Shown here: one piece after another, positions 29,841-39,564 of the stretch | How positions within the stretch are numbered: the stretch's first letter is position 1 | Layout: each line of letters starts with the position of its first letter | Origin: an uncultured Verrucomicrobiae bacterium | GTDB taxonomy: Bacteria > Chlamydiota > Chlamydiia > Chlamydiales > Rhabdochlamydiaceae | Length of the DNA stretch: 64,000 bases | Assembly: GCA_963718565.1 (NCBI GenBank) | Contig: OY970364.1 | Span: 1,856,001 to 1,920,000 of the forward strand | Reading direction: 5' to 3' | Notes under the pieces: model-generated | Told to the model about the DNA's origin: nothing | Seen by the model: only the letters and a program-made list of their open reading frames with translations | Databases searched by the model: none | Translations under genes and position numbers: made by a program

Positions 29841-29925
29841 AATTATTCTGTATTTTATTTTTATGCATATATTTTAATTGTTATTTTGTCTATCTGTTAT
29901 TTTGTTTTAATAAATGTAAAGCTGT

Positions 29926-29954
29926 TTTACAAATTCTAGCTAGTTGATTATACT
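29926..29954 (+). promoter_or_regulatory. Sigma70/sigma66-type promoter for the GT9 gene
   Basis: TTTACA-17 bp-TATACT in the AT-rich divergent intergenic region. Confidence 0.5.
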
Positions 29955-29965
29955 TTAAGAGGGAA

Positions 29966-30917
29966 TTGGAAATGGCTTCTATGAAACGCTGTGCGGTCTT
30001 CAGCTGTTTAGGTCTAGGAGATGGGTTAATCGCTCTTGTCCTATCTAATAACCTTTACCTCAATGGTTGTGAGGTCACAACGTTCCACCCCTTCCTGGAA
30101 AATCTTCAAGAATGGTTTCCCCATCTCCCTTTGCGGCCTTTTCCGCCATCTGAAGACTTTGGGTCGAGCTTAAAAGAGTTTGATCATTTCTTTTTAATTT
30201 ATGAAAAATCTTCATGGATGCAGGCTATTTTAGCCCACTGTCAAAAGCATTGCCTGGAACGCACGACCGTGCTCAATCCCATTGCGACAGCCAACCGCGA
30301 TTATCCCTACTGGGAGCAAGGGCGTTTCGACGGGGCCCGTTCCTTTGTGGAGAACCTCTATGCTTTTTGTAAGGATGTGCTAAGATTTACCGTTGTGACC
30401 AAATCCAATGGCATGCTCATTCCTGAGCACGTTCGACCCCGCCATCTTAAAAATCGCATCATTTTTCATCCGACAAGCTCGCGCATGGGAAAGAATTGGG
30501 CGAGTGAAAAGTATCTTAAGCTTGCCTCTGAGCTAAAAGCCCGAGGGTTTGCTCCTGCTTTCATGATGACTCAGGAAGAGCGCCAAGAGTGGGACCTTGA
30601 ACATTCTTGATGCCCCTCTATTTTCAGGGCAATCCGAAATGGCCGCATTTATTTGTGAATCAGGCTACATGATCGGCAATGACTCGGGAATTGGGCATCT
30701 TGCATCCTGTCTAGGTCTGCCAACGGTAACGATCTGCCGCAGCGAGCAGAATGGAAGATTTTGGCGGCCTGCATGGGCACCGGGAAGACTGATCACCCCC
30801 TCCAAATGGATTCCTAACCTCAAAGGACTGCGATTAAGAGACCAACATTGGAAAAAATGGATCTCCGTCCGGAGAGTGCTTGATAACTTTCTTGACCTTG
30901 CCCAAAATCAATGCTGA
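29966..30917 (+). pseudogene. GT9 (heptosyltransferase-like) glycosyltransferase split by a frameshift near 30597
   Basis: GLGDGL and HPTSS..KNW in ORF 29966-30610; IGNDSGIGHLA in the overlapping ORF 30597-30917, in a different frame. Confidence 0.75.
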
Positions 30918-33583
30918 TGTTCTGCAAAACTCTTTTGCAAAGCAGGAATTGCTTTTGTTCTTAGGAAAGTCTTGCCCTCTGTGAATAGCTGATTCATTTC
31001 CTGGATAATCGCATTCAGAGAGATACCCTCGCTTGGCGTGCCAAAAAGAATTTTAGGGATGCTTTGCAATTGAAACCCTGCTTGAAGTTCAGGACACCAT
31101 TCAAGAGCATCGAGATTATTAATGATTTTAGAGGACACACTTTTATTGTTGACTTCCACAGGATAACGCACTTTATAGGAAAGCTGTTGCATAGCCCCTG
31201 ACAAAGACCCCATATCTATTTGGAGTTGCTCGGAGAGTATTGTCAATTCATGCTGAATGCTAATGTCACCTTGAGTATAGTACTCGATGGAATGCAAAAT
31301 GTTCTCCATGGATTCTTGCAATTGCAACAAACTCCAAACGGTCCACGTTGAAAATGTCCGGATATCTTTGGCTTTATTCATTTGACGGATGCCGGCTTCA
31401 AGCATTTTCAAGGCAGCCACTGCCTGTTTCACCTGTAAATAGACGGGATGATGTCTATTGAAATTTGAGAGAAAACCTTCGAGTGTTTGCTGAATTTCGC
31501 CAAACATTTTTTCCTGCAAAGGTTGTTTTTTCACTTGTACTTCTTCAAAATGACCTAAGGGGAGCGCAGAAAGGTGTTTAGAACTTTCAGTCTCTCCCAA
31601 CATCACCTCTATTTGCTTGCACGTGAGTTCTATGATTTCTTCCGCACTTTTTTTCAGGTCTTTCTCGGAATAGGGATGGCCTTCGGCTATTTTGAATAAT
31701 TGCTCCAAAACGGAAGGGATTTTCACTTGAAATGTTGTGGCCGAATTCCACCTTTCATGTTCAAGATAGAAATAGCGAAACCAATTATTAATTAAAAAAA
31801 GTTGTCCCACAATCCAAGGATACTTAGTGGAGTTGGGATCAAATTTTGGATCAAATTTTTGATGATAAATCTTTAAATTATGTGTCCTTTCAAAAGGTTC
31901 GCCCTCTTCTTTTAAACAGTGCCGGTAGGTCTGTTCCATTGTTTTTTGAGCAAAATTTGCGACAGCTGCGATCAAGCTTAAATCATCCGATGGGGAGAAT
32001 GAAGAATTTTTTAAACCATTTTGGATGACAATCAAATGGCCTAAATGCCAGATTGCTTGCCTTAAAGCTGGGGAAGGATTTTGATGGAAAAGGGCCGTCA
32101 ATTTTTCCTTCAGACGCTCTATCGAGCTAACTGGGGTGGCAATTTCTATGCTGGGTGAAGGCACATTTGCCAGGGAAACCTGCTTTTTTTTCTCTTTTTT
32201 CCCTGTGGAGGTTTTAGGGACTTCTATTGTTGCTTTTTGTTTAGAGGCTTTTATATTCTGTTTTTGTTGCTTTCCTTTTGTTCCCCGTGCTCCTTTTTTT
32301 CTTGAGGAAGGTTGTTTTGAACTTTGACTCAGCTCAGCCAATAACTTCCTGGCACATTCTTCAGCGTCTTCACTATTATGGGGATGGGGTATGATGGGTC
32401 CGAAAAATAAAGGTGGGATCTCTCCTCGAGTCTGATAGGCATTCCATTTATCGTTTGCCTTCCTGATTCCTTGCAGAATAAAAGACAGATTTATTAAAGG
32501 AATGTCTAGATAGCTGTATTTCAATTGAACACATTTAGAAAAGTTAAGCAGGGGCTGAACCAAAGCATGACTAGCAGTCACAGAAATTAATTCATTAAGG
32601 AGATATGTCTGTTTTGGATTTGGATCGTTTTTTATTTTTTCGATATAGGGTTCAAAGTCTTTTGTTCTGTCGCAAACAGTAATCATAATTTTTTCAAATT
32701 TATCTGTCAATTTAAGTATTTGATCATTGTCGTTAATGTTCAATGAGGAAAGTTGATTCAAAAGGCTTTTCATTTCTCTTGCATAGTATTGGACTAATGA
32801 TGAAACAGGAATTGACTTCTGTGCTTCATCCATAGCAGTTACAAGAGATAATTGCGTTTCCAACTTTTCATCTTCCAATGGCTTTAATTTATCCAGCATT
32901 TCTGGAATAATCCAGGAAGCATTTTTAAGTAATTGACGTAATGCTAATGCGCAAGCATCTGAAAGTACATGATATGGGATTGGGCTTATTATCTTAAAAG
33001 TATTTTTTGGATCTCCTGATTTGTGGAGTTGATATGATTGAGGAACGACATCGTCTTTACCGTTTATTATCGCAAGTAGTGTGACATTACTCATATATTG
33101 AAGGTTAAGAATTTTTGACCACGTCACAATATTCTCATCAAAACCTTCAGGAATAGCATTAATAGAATTTAATTTAGTCTTTAAGAGGCCTAAAAATTCT
33201 TGGATTTGATGTTCTCCTTTCGCCCAAATTTGAGTTGAGTTCTTGGCAAGAAGGCGCTTAAGTTTTAGATATTCCTCATCAAGTTTTTCATCTTTCTGTT
33301 CAAATTGATTTTGATAATGTTCTACAAGGTCATCTATATATGTAGTAAAAGTTGTTATAGTTGTGAATAAAAGGTGGACTTCATTGAAATTCTTTTTGTG
33401 ATCCAGTGTAGTAAGAAGCTTGCACGCCTCTTGAATCCGTTTATTAACAAATCCTCTAAAAAGAGGATCAACCACTGAAGGGTTTGGAAGATCAAACCTC
33501 ATCTTGATCCCAGGATATACGTCCCATGTTGGAACGAGAAACTGTGAAGCGACATTTGAAAGTTGGATATTGTTTGTGCTCAT
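30908..33583 (-). CDS. 891-aa protein with a Lys-rich linker and two C-terminal HEPN-like domains
   Basis: FAQKTMEQ...ERTHNL...WFRYF and LQESMENIL...QHEL...KVRYP match the QxxE...HxL...RYP pattern. Confidence 0.6.
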   Translation of the reverse strand: MSTNNIQLSNVASQFLVPTWDVYPGIKMRFDLPNPSVVDPLFRGFVNKRIQEACKLLTTLDHKKNFNEVHLLFTTITTFTTYIDDLVEHYQNQFEQKDEKLDEEYLKLKRLLAKNSTQIWAKGEHQIQEFLGLLKTKLNSINAIPEGFDENIVTWSKILNLQYMSNVTLLAIINGKDDVVPQSYQLHKSGDPKNTFKIISPIPYHVLSDACALALRQLLKNASWIIPEMLDKLKPLEDEKLETQLSLVTAMDEAQKSIPVSSLVQYYAREMKSLLNQLSSLNINDNDQILKLTDKFEKIMITVCDRTKDFEPYIEKIKNDPNPKQTYLLNELISVTASHALVQPLLNFSKCVQLKYSYLDIPLINLSFILQGIRKANDKWNAYQTRGEIPPLFFGPIIPHPHNSEDAEECARKLLAELSQSSKQPSSRKKGARGTKGKQQKQNIKASKQKATIEVPKTSTGKKEKKKQVSLANVPSPSIEIATPVSSIERLKEKLTALFHQNPSPALRQAIWHLGHLIVIQNGLKNSSFSPSDDLSLIAAVANFAQKTMEQTYRHCLKEEGEPFERTHNLKIYHQKFDPKFDPNSTKYPWIVGQLFLINNWFRYFYLEHERWNSATTFQVKIPSVLEQLFKIAEGHPYSEKDLKKSAEEIIELTCKQIEVMLGETESSKHLSALPLGHFEEVQVKKQPLQEKMFGEIQQTLEGFLSNFNRHHPVYLQVKQAVAALKMLEAGIRQMNKAKDIRTFSTWTVWSLLQLQESMENILHSIEYYTQGDISIQHELTILSEQLQIDMGSLSGAMQQLSYKVRYPVEVNNKSVSSKIINNLDALEWCPELQAGFQLQSIPKILFGTPSEGISLNAIIQEMNQLFTEGKTFLRTKAIPALQKSFAEHQH

Positions 33584-33662
33584 AAAATTTACAATTGTTA
33601 ATATAATTAATTATTAATTATATAAAAAAAGCTATTAAAGTACATAAAATTAAAGCAAATAG

Positions 33663-33804
33663 ATGGGCAAAAGAATTCCCGTGAGTAATAAAGAGCTAAG
33701 TCGTTTAGAAGTAATGACAAAGGTCCATGAAAAAACGACTTGAAATATCTCAAGCATCTGAATATCTGTGACTTAGCTAAAGACAGGCTCAACGTCTTTG
33801 TTAA
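33663..33804 (+). pseudogene. Degenerate 5' end of an ISNCY-like transposase
   Basis: MGKRIPVSNKELSRLEVMTKVHEK, then after a frameshift RLEISQASEYL*LS*RQAQRL. Confidence 0.55.
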
Positions 33805-33810
33805 GGGCCA

Positions 33811-35928
33811 CTAGTCTCTTTGTCGATTAACTGTGGTCAGACGGGCAAACTTCGCGACGAGCGAGCGAGTTGTATTGACTTGAGGGAAAAAGACATCGTA
33901 GGTCAGTCCAAGCGAGGTGCGATAACTCTTTTGGACAATACCGGTTCCAAAGTCTTTGTGAAAAACAGTATCTCCTGGATTATAGGATTCTTCTTCATAG
34001 GCGATATGCGTTTCTTCTCTTTGGGATGTTGTTTGATAGGATTGAAGGTAGGAGTCAGGTATTTCCTTGAGAAAGCGGCTGGGGCGCATCATTCGAGGTA
34101 TTCCCCATAAATAGCGGAAGCGCGAGGCGGTTAAAAAGAGATATTCTTTAGCGCGCGTCATCCCGACATAGCAGAGGCGTCGCTCTTCTTCCAATGCTTC
34201 TTGGCTATCTATAGCATTGACATGAGGAAAGAGCTCTTCTTCCATTCCGACGAGGAATACAGCTGTAAATTCTAGCCCCTTGCCGTTGTGCAGGGTCATC
34301 ATGCGTACGTGCTCACCAGTAGGATTCTTATCATCGGCACTCGATTTCAAGATCAATTCTTCCAGAAATGCAGCGAGTGAGGGATGCTCGACTTCTTCTT
34401 CCCACTCTGCGGCTTTAGAGACAAGTTCTTCGATGTTCTCGCGACGCTCCTTATCGCTTTCAGGATCATCGCGCAAATACTCGAGATATCGGGAACGTTC
34501 TAATGTCACTGTAATGATCTCGTGTAAGGGGCGCATTTGTTTGACCATTTCGCGGAGTGCTGAGATGATGTGGACGTATTCTTTCAGCCCATCGAGCTGC
34601 CTTTGTGAAAGCTTGAATGCGGTTTTCCCTGAAGCAATATGCACACAAGCATCGTAAATATTCATCGACATCACTTGGGCAAAGTCGCGCAGTTTTTCTA
34701 ACGTCACTTCACCAAGTCCTCGTTTGGGGAGATTGATTGTGCGGGCAAAGGCCAGGAAATCTGTTCCGGCCAGGACGACCCGGAGCCAAGCTAGGATGTC
34801 TTTGATCTCGCGCCTTTGATAGAAAGACAGACCGCCGACAATAACATAGGGGACGCGTTCTTTCAAAAGGTGATCCTCAAAAATACGCGACTGAAAATTC
34901 GTTCGATAAAAGATCACACAGTTGCTTAAAGAAACGTTTTTCCCCCGATGAAGCTTGTAGAGTTGTTTGATCACAAATTCCGCTTCCGCATGATCGTTTT
35001 CTGCAATGTAAAGCCCAATTTTTTGCCCTTCGCCGCGATCACTCCAGAGGTTTTTTTCATATCGGCTATGATTATTGCGGATCAAGGCATTGGCAGCTTC
35101 CAGGATGTTGCTTCGGCTGCGGTAATTTTGCTCGAGGGGGATGACTTTAGCCCCCGGAAAGTCCTGCTCGAAGTTCAAAATGTTATGGATGTTGGCTCCT
35201 CTCCAAGAGTAGATCGATTGATCGGGATCGCCGACTGCGAAGACATTTTTATGCCGCTGGGCCAACAACTTGGTAATGGTGTATTGTGCGGCGTTAGTGT
35301 CTTGATATTCGTCGATCAATATGAACGACCAACGTTTTTGATATTGTTCCAGGATATCTGGGGCTTGCTGGAATAGCTTTACAGTTAGAAAAAGTAGGTC
35401 GTCGAAATCGAGGGCGTGATACCCCTTCAGCTTTTTTTGGTATAGATCGTAGACCTCTTGCAGGATTTTTTCCTCTTTAGCCAGCTGATGAGGCTCGATC
35501 AAGGCATTTTTGGCTTGGGAGATCTGCGAGCGGAAGTTCCTCAGTTCGCCCTTTTCTTCTTTGATGTGGAGCATCGCCAAACATTCTTTGAGCACTTTTT
35601 CGTTGTCTTCTTCATCGTAAATAGTAAAATCACGCGAATAGCCCAGCACTGTGATCGATTCGCGCAAAATCCGCGCGCACAGACTATGGAAGGTGCATGT
35701 CAGGATAGATTGATGCGTTAATTGCAGGATCCGGTTGCGCATCTCATCTGCAGCTCTATTAGTAAACGTAACGGCCAGGATTTCAGAGGATGGAACGCCG
35801 AGCCGCAATAAGTGGGCGACACGGAAGGTGACAATCCGTGTCTTTCCCGATCCTGCGCCAGCAAGGACCAAAAGGGGACCTTCGATGTGATCGACGGCAA
35901 TCTGTTGTTGAGGATTTAATGTTTCCAT
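33811..35928 (-). CDS. uvrD: UvrD/PcrA ATP-dependent DNA helicase
   Basis: AGAGSGKT, DEYQDTN, GDPDQSIY, EERRLCYVGMTRA. Confidence 0.95.
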   Translation of the reverse strand: METLNPQQQIAVDHIEGPLLVLAGAGSGKTRIVTFRVAHLLRLGVPSSEILAVTFTNRAADEMRNRILQLTHQSILTCTFHSLCARILRESITVLGYSRDFTIYDEEDNEKVLKECLAMLHIKEEKGELRNFRSQISQAKNALIEPHQLAKEEKILQEVYDLYQKKLKGYHALDFDDLLFLTVKLFQQAPDILEQYQKRWSFILIDEYQDTNAAQYTITKLLAQRHKNVFAVGDPDQSIYSWRGANIHNILNFEQDFPGAKVIPLEQNYRSRSNILEAANALIRNNHSRYEKNLWSDRGEGQKIGLYIAENDHAEAEFVIKQLYKLHRGKNVSLSNCVIFYRTNFQSRIFEDHLLKERVPYVIVGGLSFYQRREIKDILAWLRVVLAGTDFLAFARTINLPKRGLGEVTLEKLRDFAQVMSMNIYDACVHIASGKTAFKLSQRQLDGLKEYVHIISALREMVKQMRPLHEIITVTLERSRYLEYLRDDPESDKERRENIEELVSKAAEWEEEVEHPSLAAFLEELILKSSADDKNPTGEHVRMMTLHNGKGLEFTAVFLVGMEEELFPHVNAIDSQEALEEERRLCYVGMTRAKEYLFLTASRFRYLWGIPRMMRPSRFLKEIPDSYLQSYQTTSQREETHIAYEEESYNPGDTVFHKDFGTGIVQKSYRTSLGLTYDVFFPQVNTTRSLVAKFARLTTVNRQRD

Positions 35929-35978
35929 TGGAGAGGGTATCTGCAGTTCTCATCGATGATATAAGGATTTAGGTTTTA

Positions 35979-36012
35979 GAGGGAATTGCAAAACTCCTCG
36001 CCGCATAAAATC
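35979..36012. repeat. Solo end of a GAGGG-family element
   Basis: TTTA followed by GAGGGAATTGCAAAACTCCTCGCCGCATAAAATC, identical to the first 34 bp of the 25167 copy. Confidence 0.85.
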
Positions 36013-36039
36013 TCCTTAAAAAGCATAGTCAGCGAAGTA

Positions 36040-36207
36040 TACGGCGCGCGGTTAGGTTTGGTGAATTTTGACAGGCTGCGACTTTGCCAAATCGATCCTT
36101 CTCGCTCGCCTTGCTATTCAGCAATGGTCTCGCTCGTTCGGCCGCTTCGCTTCGATTTTGCTTCGTCTCGCAGAGTCAAAATTCGCCAAATCTAATCGCG
36201 CGCCGTA
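36040..36207. mobile_element. 168-bp palindromic MITE with TA target duplication
   Basis: TACGGCGCGCGGTTAGGTTTGGTGAATTTTGAC ... GTCAAAATTCGCCAAATCTAATCGCGCGCCGTA; the empty site GAAGTAAACTG is present in four sister repeats. Confidence 0.92.
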
Positions 36208-36222
36208 TAAACTGTTCGTTTC

Positions 36223-36801
36223 TTAAAGACTCTTTGGCTTCTGCGAACCATTTTTTGCCGCGTTGGCCTGCACAATTGCTCTGGCCTCCTCGTAAGGCTC
36301 ATTTTTAATGTCTTTACCTACGTATGGATGATCCGGGTCATGCGCCAGATAGTAGAGTTTATTCTTGGCGTGGCACACGAACTCTACATCATTATCCGTG
36401 GGATGCTTCCCTCTCTTTTCGAAGGAAATAGTAACACGTGCCCGACTAGGAGGAAATGGGTATTCCCGTAAAAATGGTCTAATCTTTTCATGTGCATTGA
36501 TGATTTGTGCAAACCTCTCGGTAGCCTTCACCTCCAATTCTCTGGCTTGTTCTATCGTTGCGCTTCGATAGGCATCCAGCTGCACCAATATCTCTTCCAC
36601 ATCGTAAGGCATCGCTCCGCCACTCGCACCACATTCGAGTCCATATTCCTTGTACATTTCCTTAATAAACGCAGAGGTCACTTCAGCGACATATTGAGTG
36701 TAAATAGGAGAATCATCATCATCTTCTTCTTTGGCACTCACTTTCAGCTCGATAAATAATGTTAAAACAATTATGACAAAAAAACTAACGCGTGCTACCA
36801 C
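36223..36801 (-). CDS. Putative exported immunity protein, copy 5
   Basis: Signal peptide; paralog of the gene that overlaps the RHS stop; GTG start. Confidence 0.75.
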   Translation of the reverse strand: MVARVSFFVIIVLTLFIELKVSAKEEDDDDSPIYTQYVAEVTSAFIKEMYKEYGLECGASGGAMPYDVEEILVQLDAYRSATIEQARELEVKATERFAQIINAHEKIRPFLREYPFPPSRARVTISFEKRGKHPTDNDVEFVCHAKNKLYYLAHDPDHPYVGKDIKNEPYEEARAIVQANAAKNGSQKPKSL

Positions 36802-36905
36802 TATAAAAACCCTCGTTTTTTCTCAAATTCTTAATGAACTTTGATTGCGCTTCTTGATATGTTCCACCCAAAAAAGCATGATCAGCGAAGTAAACTGTTC
36901 GTTTC

Positions 36906-37487
36906 TTAAAGACTCTTTGGCTTCTGCGAACCATTTTTTGCTGCGTTTGCCTGCACAATTGCTCTGGCCTCCTCGTAAGGCTCATTTTTAATGTCTTTAC
37001 CTACGTATGGATGATCCGGGTCATGCGCCAGATAGTAGAGTTTATTCTTGGCGTGGCAGATAAACTCCACTTCACTGTAAGCAGAGAATCGCTTCCCTTT
37101 CTCTCTAAAGGAAATAGTAACACATGCTCGACTCGCAGGAAATGGGTATTCCCGTAAAAATGGTCTGAGCTTTTCGTGTGCATTGATGATTTGCGCAAAT
37201 CTTTCCGTAGCATTTACCTCCAATTCTCTGGCTTGGTCTATCGTTGCGCTTCGATAGGCCACAAGCTGCACCAATATCTTTTCCACATCGTAAGGCATTG
37301 CTCCGCCACTCGCACCACATTCGAATCCATATTCCTTGTACATTTCCTTGACAAACGCAGAGGTCACTTCAGCGACATATTGAGTGTAAATAGGAGAATC
37401 ATCATCATCTTCTTCTTTGGCACTCACTTTCAGCTCGATAAATAATGTTAAAACAATTATGACAAAAAAACTAACGCGTGCTACCAC
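36906..37487 (-). CDS. Putative exported immunity protein, copy 4
   Basis: Signal peptide; paralog of the gene that overlaps the RHS stop; GTG start. Confidence 0.75.
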   Translation of the reverse strand: MVARVSFFVIIVLTLFIELKVSAKEEDDDDSPIYTQYVAEVTSAFVKEMYKEYGFECGASGGAMPYDVEKILVQLVAYRSATIDQARELEVNATERFAQIINAHEKLRPFLREYPFPASRACVTISFREKGKRFSAYSEVEFICHAKNKLYYLAHDPDHPYVGKDIKNEPYEEARAIVQANAAKNGSQKPKSL

Positions 37488-37592
37488 TATAAAAACCCTC
37501 GTTTTTTCTCAAATTCTTAATGAACTTTGATTGCGCTCCTTAGATATGTTCCACCCAAAAAAGCATGATCAGCGAAGTAAACTGTTCGTTTC

Positions 37593-38171
37593 TTAAAGAC
37601 TCTTTGGCTTCTGCGAACCATTTTTTGCTGCGTTTGCCTGCACAATTGCTCTGGCCTCTTCGTAAGGTTCGTCTTTAATGTGCTTGCCTACATAAGGACG
37701 GTCAGGGTCATGTGCCAGATAATGGAGTTTATTCTTGGCGTGGCACACGAACTCTACATCATTATCCGTGGGATGCTTCCCTCTCTTTTCGAAGGAAATA
37801 GTAACACATGCTCGACTCGCAGGAAATGGGTATTCCCGTAAAAATGGTCTAATCTTTTCATGTGCATTGATGATTTGTGCAAACCTCTCGGTAGCCTTCA
37901 CCTCCAATTCTCTGGCTTGTTCTATCGTTGCGCTTCGATAGGCATCCAGCTGCACCAATATCTCTTCCACATCGTAAGGCATCGCTCCGCCACTCGCACC
38001 ACATTCGAGTCCATATTCCTTGTACATTTCCTTAATAAACGCAGAGGTCACTTCAGCGACATATTGAGTGTAAATAGGAGAATCATCATCATCTTCTTCT
38101 TTGGCACTCACTTTCAGCTCGATAAATAATGTTAAAACAATTATGACAAAAAAACTAACGCGTGCTACCAC
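37593..38171 (-). CDS. Putative exported immunity protein, copy 3
   Basis: Signal peptide; paralog of the gene that overlaps the RHS stop; GTG start. Confidence 0.75.
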   Translation of the reverse strand: MVARVSFFVIIVLTLFIELKVSAKEEDDDDSPIYTQYVAEVTSAFIKEMYKEYGLECGASGGAMPYDVEEILVQLDAYRSATIEQARELEVKATERFAQIINAHEKIRPFLREYPFPASRACVTISFEKRGKHPTDNDVEFVCHAKNKLHYLAHDPDRPYVGKHIKDEPYEEARAIVQANAAKNGSQKPKSL

Positions 38172-38275
38172 TATAAAAACCCTCGTTTTTTCTCAAATTC
38201 TTAATGAACTTTGATTGCGCTTCTTGATATGTTCCACCCAAAAAAGCATGATCAGCGAAGTAAACTGTTCGTTTC

Positions 38276-38866
38276 TTAAAGACTCTTTGGCTTCTGCGAA
38301 CCATTTTTTGCTGCGTTTGCCTGCACAATTGCTCTGGCCTCCTCGTAAGGCTCATTTTTAATGTCTTTACCTACGTATGGATGATCCGGGTCATGCGCCA
38401 GATAGTAGAGTTTATTCTTGGCGTGGCAGATAAACTCCACTTCACTGTAAGCAGAGAATCGCTTCCCTTTCTCTCTAAAGGAAATAGTAACACATGCTCG
38501 ACTCGCAGGAAATGGGTATTCCCGTAAAAATGGTCTGAGCTTTTCGTGTGCATTGATGATTTGCGCAAATCTTTCCGTAGCATTTACCTCCAATTCTCTG
38601 GCTTGGTCTATCGTTGCGCTTCGATAGGCCACAAGCTGCACCAATATCTCTTCCACATCGTAAGGCATTGCTCCGCCACTCGCACCGCATTCGAATCCAT
38701 ATTCCTTGTACATTTCCTTAATAAACGCAGAGGTCACTTCAGCGACATATTGAGTATAAATAGGTGAATCATCATCTTCGTCGACACTCATTTTTTTGGC
38801 GCTCACTTTCACCCCGATAAATAATGTTAAAACAACTATGACAAAAAAACTAACGCGCGCTACCAT
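38276..38866 (-). CDS. Putative exported immunity protein, copy 2
   Basis: Signal peptide; paralog of the gene that overlaps the RHS stop; ATG start. Confidence 0.75.
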   Translation of the reverse strand: MVARVSFFVIVVLTLFIGVKVSAKKMSVDEDDDSPIYTQYVAEVTSAFIKEMYKEYGFECGASGGAMPYDVEEILVQLVAYRSATIDQARELEVNATERFAQIINAHEKLRPFLREYPFPASRACVTISFREKGKRFSAYSEVEFICHAKNKLYYLAHDPDHPYVGKDIKNEPYEEARAIVQANAAKNGSQKPKSL

Positions 38867-38970
38867 TATAAAAACCCTTGTTTTTTCTCAAATTCTTAAT
38901 GAACTTTGATTGCGCTTCTTGATATGTTCCACCCAAAAAAGCATGATCAGCGAAGTAAACTGTTCGTTTC

Positions 38971-39564
38971 TTAAAGACTCTTTGGCTTCTGCGAACCATT
39001 TTTTGCTGCGTTTGCCTGCACAATTGCTCTGGCCTCTTCGTAAGGTTCGTCTTTAATGTGCTTGCCTACATAAGGACGGTCAGGGTCATGTGCCAGATAA
39101 TGGAGTTTATTCTTGGCGTGGCAGATAAACTCCACTTCACTGTAAGCAGAGAATCGCTTCCCTTTCTCTCTAAAGGAAATAGTAACACATGCTCGACTCG
39201 CAGGAAATGGGTATTCCCGTAAAAATGGTCTGAGCTTTTCGTGTGCATTGATGATTTGCGCAAATCTTTCCGTAGCATTTACCTCCAATTCTCTGGCTTG
39301 GTCTATCGTTGCGCTTCGATAGGCCACAAGCTGCACCAATATCTCTTCCACATCGTAAGGCATTGCTCCGCCACTCGCACCGCATTCGAATCCATATTCC
39401 TTGTACATTTCCTTAATAAACGCAGAGGTCACTTCAGCGACATATTGAGTATAAATAGGTGAATCATCATCTTCGTCGACACTCATTTTTTTGGCGCTCA
39501 CTTTCACCCCGATAAATAATGTTAAAACAACTATGACAAAAAAACTAACGCGCGCTACCATCAT
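38971..39564 (-). CDS. Putative cognate immunity protein, copy 1
   Basis: Overlaps the RHS 3' end by 20 bp, a typical toxin-immunity arrangement; signal peptide. Confidence 0.78.
   Translation of the reverse strand: MMVARVSFFVIVVLTLFIGVKVSAKKMSVDEDDDSPIYTQYVAEVTSAFIKEMYKEYGFECGASGGAMPYDVEEILVQLVAYRSATIDQARELEVNATERFAQIINAHEKLRPFLREYPFPASRACVTISFREKGKRFSAYSEVEFICHAKNKLHYLAHDPDRPYVGKHIKDEPYEEARAIVQANAAKNGSQKPKSL

Noticed and set aside
29959..29968. GAGGGAATTG as another element copy
   Set aside because: Only a 10-bp match, which could simply be the Shine-Dalgarno region; not counted.
36785..36985. 66-aa ORF (also at 38155-38355) as a real orphan toxin
   Set aside because: It is an off-frame read of the immunity gene's 3' end joined to about 38 residues of RHS tail, and it lacks the catalytic Ser region.
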